Source of the DNA: a virus
Lineage: Duplodnaviria > Caudoviricetes
IMG/VR virus record: IMGVR_UViG_3300046779_001035
Span: 1-30,470 of that record
Reading direction: 5' to 3' (one strand)
DNA: 30,470 bases
Shown here piece by piece: positions 25,287 through 30,470 of this stretch (positions are counted from its first letter, which is position 1; every line of letters begins with the position of its first letter). The translations under genes and the position numbers were made by a program. The notes under the pieces were generated by a model that was given only the letters and a program-made list of their open reading frames with translations, did not search any database and was not told the origin of the DNA.

Positions 25287-25731
25287 CGTCTTCTAAACCA
25301 GCTGTTCGCAATTTAACAATATTGGATACTTGCCACTGCTTAATGTCAAGAGCTTTAATAACTCCTAGCCATTTATTTCTCAGCAGAGCAAAGTCATTAA
25401 TAATCTTTTCGAAGTCTACAACGTCGGCTTCGCCCTCTACAAACTTTTCACAGTCCCTAGAGGACAAAGCTCGTTGGTAGTTTTCGAGATATTTACGAAA
25501 GTGTTGACTACGAAGGCGTCTTAGTTCAATATTAAGATATTCTAAAATGCCTTCAATTTCTTGAAGTTGGTTAAATCGGTTTTCTACAATACCCGGCATT
25601 TGCGCCGAGATTTTTTCTAAACTACCAGCTACTTTACAATCAACTTTAGCTTGAATTAATTCAGCTTCATAGTATGCAACAGCATCAGGTATGTTTGAAA
25701 TGTCTTTTGAAACCCGATCATACCAATTCAT
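25276..25731 (-). CDS. uvsY: Recombination mediator UvsY
   Basis: 151-aa helical protein with 'KYLE.Y', 'EKFVEGEAD' and 'IKALDIKQWQVSNIVKLRTAG' segments. It lies downstream of uvsX. Confidence 0.8.
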   Translation of the reverse strand: MNWYDRVSKDISNIPDAVAYYEAELIQAKVDCKVAGSLEKISAQMPGIVENRFNQLQEIEGILEYLNIELRRLRSQHFRKYLENYQRALSSRDCEKFVEGEADVVDFEKIINDFALLRNKWLGVIKALDIKQWQVSNIVKLRTAGLEDATL

Positions 25732-25965
25732 TTATTCCTCATCTTCGTAATAATCATCATCTTCTTCAATTTCTTCGCCATCGATTGCATAGTGTATAGC
25801 ATCATCTAGATAGCCGTCAACCCCTTGCAGACTTTCGAGAATGGATTCTTTAATTCCATAATCGAGTAATGTGTTAACAAAATCTGCTGCTACGTCTTTA
25901 CGATCTTTTTCAGGGATATGTTCGACCACTAAGGTCCATAAGTCTGCAATTAAATCTTCTTTCAT
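25732..25965 (-). CDS. Small acidic hypothetical protein (77 aa)
   Basis: Coupled between uvsX (ATGA) and uvsY, with an Asp/Glu-rich tail. Confidence 0.8.
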   Translation of the reverse strand: MKEDLIADLWTLVVEHIPEKDRKDVAADFVNTLLDYGIKESILESLQGVDGYLDDAIHYAIDGEEIEEDDDYYEDEE

Positions 25966-27041
25966 TCTGCGGTCTCCGTTTCAGGTTCAACATTTGTAGT
26001 TATCTCTGATTCGGATTTTTCGCCATGTTTAGAAATGTCAGCCATAATTGCATCTAGGCCACCATTTTCGTTTCTTTCCCAGGCTTTGCGGAATTGTTTG
26101 ATGATTTCGCCGTCTGCTGTTACGTATACAAGACTGTTGCCTTCTTTCTTGAGCAACCCTTTTGCTTCAGCCAGGTCTACCAGTCCGCTATACGGATTCA
26201 TACCTGTTTCGTAAGGAATCTTTACTTGTACACTTTCAAACGGTTTAGCGTAACGAGTTTTCATGATCTTGCATCCTGCACGGATACCTTTGACTTCTGA
26301 AATCTTATTGCCGTCTTCATCTTCTTTCAACTTCATCTTCTTCATAGCAACAACGATTGAAGATGCATATATGAAACCTTGACCACCGCTGATCTTGTCA
26401 TCTGGATCAAACATATCTTGCGATGCGTATGTGTGGTTAGTAGCAACTAGACCAATGTTTAGACTACCAAACATATTAACACAGTTACGAACAAGTGCTG
26501 TAAGTGCTTTAGGTTTACGACCCATATCACCTTTTAAGTCGCCTGCTTCAAACTGGTTAACGTCAGTTGGAGTTAACAACATACCTAGCGAGTCAAGTAC
26601 AAACAAGACCTTAGGACGACTGTCTTCTGGCATTGCTTTATATTCTGCAACAAATTCTGTAATAGTCTTTGCTACATCATCAATCATAGCCATGTTAAGT
26701 TTCAGCAACTTATCCTCTGCTGTATCAACACCTAATGCCTTGAGCCAATCTTCGTCAAGTGCGTTTTCTGTGTCAATTAGAATAGGGTAAATGCCCTGGG
26801 CTTGTGCTGCTTTGATTAGGTTACCTGAGCAAATATATGACTTGCCTGCGCCAGACTCACCTGCAAACACAGTCACTTTACCTAGTGGTACACCTCTGTG
26901 GAAATCTCCACTAATCAGATAATTTAATGCGTAATTACCTGTGCTGACCCAATCTGTTGGATCATTAAAGCCAATGCTAAGTCCTTCGATAGACTTTGTA
27001 ATTGACTTTCTAAATTTAGAAATATCGAATGCTTTTGCCAT
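25962..27041 (-). CDS. uvsX: RecA-like recombinase UvsX
   Basis: AGESGAGKS, IDTENALD, VLDSLG, TNHTY, ISGGQG and KTRY motifs. Confidence 0.93.
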   Translation of the reverse strand: MAKAFDISKFRKSITKSIEGLSIGFNDPTDWVSTGNYALNYLISGDFHRGVPLGKVTVFAGESGAGKSYICSGNLIKAAQAQGIYPILIDTENALDEDWLKALGVDTAEDKLLKLNMAMIDDVAKTITEFVAEYKAMPEDSRPKVLFVLDSLGMLLTPTDVNQFEAGDLKGDMGRKPKALTALVRNCVNMFGSLNIGLVATNHTYASQDMFDPDDKISGGQGFIYASSIVVAMKKMKLKEDEDGNKISEVKGIRAGCKIMKTRYAKPFESVQVKIPYETGMNPYSGLVDLAEAKGLLKKEGNSLVYVTADGEIIKQFRKAWERNENGGLDAIMADISKHGEKSESEITTNVEPETETAE

Positions 27042-27061
27042 TATTGTCCCTTGTCATGAAG

Positions 27062-27087
27062 AAGAGTGTGGATTGCTCCACACTCTT
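27062..27087 (-). terminator. 11-bp hairpin with GCAA tetraloop between gp32 and uvsX (weak terminator or stabiliser)
   Basis: AAGAGTGTGGA-GCAA-TCCACACTCTT on the minus strand, followed only by CTTC, which is a poor U-tract. Confidence 0.6.
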
Positions 27088-27095
27088 GTTTAGCT

Positions 27096-28097
27096 TTATT
27101 GCTTTTGACGATTACGAATCATGGCAAGGATGTCTTGCGCACGACTAGCATTGTCACCGCTGGCTGCTGGAGCAGCAGTTTGTGCCGGCGCCGCTGCTGG
27201 CGCTGTGTCAAAAGGGGCGTCGTCATCTTCCGTGTGAGCTGCTGGAGCAGGTGTTGCTGCTTTTGCAGGAGCACTACGTCCTACAGGATCGCCAGTTGCT
27301 TGGCTCATACCTGCTGGTTTGAAGTATTGACCCCAACGTTCCATGTCGTAAGCTTCTCCGTCAACGGATGCTTCAAACATTTCCTTCATGATTTTTAGCT
27401 CTACGTCACCTGGCTTCTTAGGCAAGAAGCTGGATAGATCAAACAGGCTGTGAGCTTGCAATGCTGCATTCTCAACATCTGACAAAGCACGTTCTCTACG
27501 ACTCCACTTCGAAGTGCTGTAGTCTGCGAAGCCACCCTTAGATGTCTTAGCAATACGGAAGTCAACACCACGCATATAGTCAGTTGGCAATTCTTCCAAT
27601 TCTGGATCCATCAAAGCGGAACGAATGATTTGGTAGATCTGAGGACCGATAATGAATCGGCGGATTGGGTTTTCTGGTTTGTTATCTTCTTTAATTGGAT
27701 CTTCAACCACGAAACCTTGGAAAATGTAACTACGCTTCTTCCAATACTTACGGCCCATTTCCTCAAGACTCTTGTCCTTGAACCAGCCGCGAACTTCTGA
27801 CAGAATTGGACATACCGAACCGTCATTGTACATTTCTACGCATGGAACTTGAACTTGAACTGGACGACTGTCTGTTTCGCCTTTAATACCCGCGAACGGC
27901 AATTTGATCATTGCTCGTTCAACCCAGAAGAATGTGTTGTTAGGATTTCCATCTGGTAAGAAACGAACTACTGCTTCTTTGCCTTCTGGCATATTCCAAT
28001 GTGGGTAAATTGCGTTGTCGCCGCCGCTTGTGGATTGACCTGTGGTCTTTGATTGTGCTTCTTGAAGTTTCGCACGAATTTCTGCTAACGTTGCCAT
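27096..28097 (-). CDS. gp32: Single-stranded DNA-binding protein (T4 gp32-like)
   Basis: MATLAEIRAKL start, VVRFLPD, C-x8-CP, KKRSY, FADYSTS, an acidic DDDAPF segment and a QDILAMIR C-terminus. GGAGG SD. Confidence 0.9.
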   Translation of the reverse strand: MATLAEIRAKLQEAQSKTTGQSTSGGDNAIYPHWNMPEGKEAVVRFLPDGNPNNTFFWVERAMIKLPFAGIKGETDSRPVQVQVPCVEMYNDGSVCPILSEVRGWFKDKSLEEMGRKYWKKRSYIFQGFVVEDPIKEDNKPENPIRRFIIGPQIYQIIRSALMDPELEELPTDYMRGVDFRIAKTSKGGFADYSTSKWSRRERALSDVENAALQAHSLFDLSSFLPKKPGDVELKIMKEMFEASVDGEAYDMERWGQYFKPAGMSQATGDPVGRSAPAKAATPAPAAHTEDDDAPFDTAPAAAPAQTAAPAASGDNASRAQDILAMIRNRQKQ

Positions 28098-28145
28098 TTT
28101 TAAATGCCTCCTATAATATAGCCTTAAATGGTATTACATGCCTTT

Positions 28146-28205
28146 CGCATAAAAACTATTATGCGCTTTTTATTTAGTAAATGCAAATATTTTCGTTGAA
28201 ATATT
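28146..28205 (-). promoter_or_regulatory. Nested sigma70 (TTGCAT-17-CATAAT) and late (CTAAATA) promoters for gp32, with hairpin and inverted repeat
   Basis: -35 at 28186-28181, -10 at 28163-28158 and CTAAATA at 28177-28171. Hairpin CGCATAA/TTATGCG at 28146-28165. AATATTT-N6-AAATATT at 28186-28205. Confidence 0.6.
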
Positions 28206-28223
28206 GAACTTTTTTTACCAAAT

Positions 28224-28250
28224 AAAAAAGTCCACATTAACCGTGGACTT
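28224..28250 (-). terminator. Rho-independent terminator
   Basis: AAGTCCAC-GGTTAAT-GTGGACTT followed by TTTTATTT on the minus strand. Confidence 0.75.
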
Positions 28251-28425
28251 CTCTATATTTTTCCAGTGCCAACGCTCTTATTTGAGCTAGTCTGTCTGTA
28301 ATGTGTTTCGGTAGTTCTTCGTCATCGTCAAAAAGCCATTTGCTTTTTTCTTTGACAAGTTCTGGACGACGGTACGAAACATGGTAATCAATGTCTTCTC
28401 CGTACTCGTCGTCTGAGTCGTCTAC
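28237..28425 (-). CDS. Cryptic acidic ORF (at least 62 aa) without ATG/GTG/TTG start (not in ORF track)
   Basis: VDDSDDEYGEDIDYHVSYRRPELVKEKSKWLFDDDEELPKHITDRLAQIRALALEKYREVHG*. It fills the gap after the 28430 stop and ends inside the terminator hairpin. Confidence 0.5.
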   Translation of the reverse strand, partial: VDDSDDEYGEDIDYHVSYRRPELVKEKSKWLFDDDEELPKHITDRLAQIRALALEKYREVHG

Positions 28426-28429
28426 ACTA

Positions 28430-28660
28430 TTACTTTGACGCTGGCTTAGTAGCTGGAGCTGCTGCCTTTTCGTCCTTGGCAGGAGTGCTTTTTGAAGGCT
28501 TAGCTTCTTTCTTAACTTCTGGCTTCTTAGCAGGTTCTGCCGCAGGTGCTACAACAGCATTAGGAGTTGTCTTAACTGCTACAGGCTCGCCTTTACCTTT
28601 ATCTTGTGCAAAAGCGGTTACTGCGAAAGTTGCCATTAGAGCTACGATTAGTTTGTTCAT
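28430..28660 (-). CDS. Small exported Lys/Ala/Pro-rich protein with a Sec signal peptide (start MNKLIV at 28660)
   Basis: AAGGA SD. MNKLIVALMATFAVTAFA-QD has an A-x-A cleavage site, followed by a low-complexity K/A/P tail. Confidence 0.75.
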   Translation of the reverse strand: MNKLIVALMATFAVTAFAQDKGKGEPVAVKTTPNAVVAPAAEPAKKPEVKKEAKPSKSTPAKDEKAAAPATKPASK

Positions 28661-28661
28661 T

Positions 28662-28832
28662 TTATTTTCCTTTAAGGTTAGTTGAACTAGCAGGAGTTTT
28701 ACAAGGACCTGTTCTTTTTGTGTCACAATCCGGACTTACCATTCTTAATGATTCTTTGATCCAATCATTTGAATCGTATTTTCCTGGCTTGTCGAACTTA
28801 TTGTTTTCACATACAGAACGTGTCTTGTACAT
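28662..28832 (-). CDS. Hypothetical small protein (56 aa, start MYKTRS at 28832)
   Basis: AGGAG SD 5 nt before the ATG. Its stop abuts the start of the next gene. Confidence 0.5.
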   Translation of the reverse strand: MYKTRSVCENNKFDKPGKYDSNDWIKESLRMVSPDCDTKRTGPCKTPASSTNLKGK

Positions 28833-28904
28833 AGTGTCTCCTAGCATAATATAATAACGCACATACTAGAGATAAAGTTTACAAGATTTAAAAATATTTT
28901 GCCC

Positions 28905-28928
28905 AAAAGAAAGGGCACCTAAGTGCCC
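28905..28928 (-). terminator. Rho-independent terminator
   Basis: GGGCAC-TTAG-GTGCCC followed by TTTCTTTT on the minus strand, about 45 nt after the stop at 28973. Confidence 0.8.
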
Positions 28929-28972
28929 AATCTGTGCAGGGTCTTAATCACCCTAACTGCTACGAACAATCT

Positions 28973-30470
28973 TTAAAAGCCTAAACCTTGTGCAATTCCA
29001 GATAGTCTACGGATTTGTTGTAATTCTTGAGATTCCTCAACTCCGTCATTGCGTGGTGCCGGTGCTCTAACTTCTTCGCCTTTTACGCCTGCAAGTTCTT
29101 TTACTCTTGCTAACTCTGCTAACTTTGGATTATTATCGGTTGTCTGTTCTGGAGCCATACGCTCTACTAGCTTACGAGCAACAGCTTCTGCCTGTTCGCC
29201 AAACTTCTTGCCTACCATTGTGCAAACGCCTTCTGGTCCTTTAGGGAATGTGCCTGACTCTTTGTCGTAGAAGCTATGAATAAATTCTGCTAATTCTTGA
29301 ATATTCATCTTACCGCCACGGCTTTCGTTATCATCACTTTGTGTAACAACTTCTTCTTCCGGTGCAGGTTCTTCTGCTGGTACTTCCTCACCTGCTGGCT
29401 CTTCTGCTGGTGCTTCTTCTGCACCTGCTTCCGGAGCTACTTCTACCGGTTCTTCTGCTGGTGCTTCTTCTGCACCTTCTTGGCCTAAGTCTCCGAAGTC
29501 AATTTTTGCTGCAATTTCAGATGCATTAGCTTCTAACCATGCTTGGATCATTGGCCTTACATCTTCTTGAGGATTTTGCCTTGCTGCGTCTTTAATTTCT
29601 TTGTATAGATTAGGATCGTCAATAATTCCTTTTAGGCTTTCGATAGCATTTGTGCCATCTACACCTGCTGGGAATACGCTCTGAGTCAATTGATTTAAAC
29701 TGTCAATTGCTACTAGTTGTTCTTCGTCGCTTTGGATAGGACTAGATTCACCTAGCCCCATTACCCATTGTTCAAAGTTTTCTAATTCGTCTTCGGATAA
29801 ATCTACTTCTGCTTCATCATTATAGTTTTCAACAGTAGTCATAGCAACTATGTCGTTATAATCTACTTTGCTGTTTTCTTTCATCACTCTGTAGATAATA
29901 GGGAATACGGTTTTAATATCTTCTTTAAAATTACGAATTGTAAATTTGTTTGTGTAATCTTCTACAACCTCTTCTGGTACTTCTAAAGGTTGCTGTGCCT
30001 GGAATGACTCTTTATATGCCTCGTAGTGGCTTTGCTTTGCAATTCTAGCAATTTGTTCTCTTAGTCTTTCTAGTGCGCCTGTTGATTGTTCAACAATGTC
30101 GTTGTTATCTGAATTCATTAAGTCGTTACGAACAACATAATTACTAAAGCTCTTTAGTTGTGCAATTTCTTCACTCATCTGCACAATGCTTTTACCGATG
30201 TCGTCGTAGGGTAATCCACCATTGGCTACGTGTCGTTGCATAGCACGAGCACCTGCTAAGTGAATGAACGGATATTTAAATCTTTCACCATCTTGGTTTT
30301 CTACAAACAAAGCACTAATATTTCTGCTTCTTGCACCAGGAGCCATGTCATCAGTTAGTGCGTGACTGTGTTTGATGATTAGACGTGTGTCCATTAATTT
30401 TTGGTAACTTACGGTGCGTGTACCGTATAACTGACTTTCATTCATAACTGATTCTCCGACTGGTTTCAAG
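28973..30470 (-). CDS. Large acidic protein, 5'-truncated; possible head core/scaffold-associated protein
   Basis: Open to the window end. It has an E/A/P-rich linker and two C-terminal EL-x2-[VI]-x2-L[AS]G[VI] motifs (ELARVKELAGV, ELQQIRRLSGI). Confidence 0.65.
   Translation of the reverse strand, partial: LKPVGESVMNESQLYGTRTVSYQKLMDTRLIIKHSHALTDDMAPGARSRNISALFVENQDGERFKYPFIHLAGARAMQRHVANGGLPYDDIGKSIVQMSEEIAQLKSFSNYVVRNDLMNSDNNDIVEQSTGALERLREQIARIAKQSHYEAYKESFQAQQPLEVPEEVVEDYTNKFTIRNFKEDIKTVFPIIYRVMKENSKVDYNDIVAMTTVENYNDEAEVDLSEDELENFEQWVMGLGESSPIQSDEEQLVAIDSLNQLTQSVFPAGVDGTNAIESLKGIIDDPNLYKEIKDAARQNPQEDVRPMIQAWLEANASEIAAKIDFGDLGQEGAEEAPAEEPVEVAPEAGAEEAPAEEPAGEEVPAEEPAPEEEVVTQSDDNESRGGKMNIQELAEFIHSFYDKESGTFPKGPEGVCTMVGKKFGEQAEAVARKLVERMAPEQTTDNNPKLAELARVKELAGVKGEEVRAPAPRNDGVEESQELQQIRRLSGIAQGLGF
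29400..29477. repeat. 27-bp exact direct repeat in coding sequence (GAEEAPAEE x2)
   Basis: tcttctgctggtgcttcttctgcacct at 29400-29426 and at 29451-29477. Confidence 0.85.

Noticed and set aside
563-27041. Active inteins or introns in the helicase, primase, UvsW or UvsX
   Set aside because: Lengths are ordinary, and I saw no C...HN/[CST] junctions or homing-endonuclease motifs.
28933-28965. Small hairpin AGGGT-N7-ACCCT between the 28973 stop and the terminator, considered as a tRNA or ncRNA
   Set aside because: Too short, with no cloverleaf or T-loop. Not supportable as an RNA gene.
29340-29480. Short repeats considered as a CRISPR array or a DGR template/variable repeat
   Set aside because: There are only two exact copies, in frame within an EEAPA-type linker, with no spacers and no reverse transcriptase in the window.
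1-30470. Alternative genetic code (stop-codon reassignment), as seen in some large phages
   Set aside because: Core genes are full-length in the standard code, and TAA, TGA and TAG all appear as terminal stops.
1-30470. Frequent CTAG/TCTAGA sites
   Set aside because: Plausibly explained by heavy use of the CTA leucine codon. Not quantified, so no claim is made.

Overview
The window is a gene-dense, AT-rich segment of a large T4-related (jumbo-like) dsDNA phage genome. It holds a replication/recombination module, mostly on the minus strand: gp41-like helicase, gp61-like primase, gp62-like clamp-loader subunit, a probable gp59-like loader with a Zn finger, UvsW, UvsY, UvsX and gp32 SSB. The module also contains a 192-aa minimal fragment of a C-family (DnaE) polymerase. 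A 12-kb, 16-gene glycan-biosynthesis island (about 13.0-25.3 kb) interrupts it. The island has four KpsS/KpsC-like GT-B paralogues, two GT25, GT8-like and other DxD transferases, a pyruvyltransferase-like gene, three methyltransferases and nucleotide-sugar enzymes. It is arranged as divergent units headed by T4-late-like TAAATA boxes, which suggests late (possibly virion) glycosylation. Other observations: near-consensus sigma70 promoters placed to give leaderless mRNAs; a frameshifted 5' end of one GT gene at about 17250; several small ORFs missed by the ORF track, one with no canonical start; a probable inactive Hint/intein-fold protein after uvsW; and a nested early/late promoter upstream of gp32. 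I saw no tRNA, rRNA, CRISPR array or transposase. All family assignments come from visual motif recognition, not database searches.
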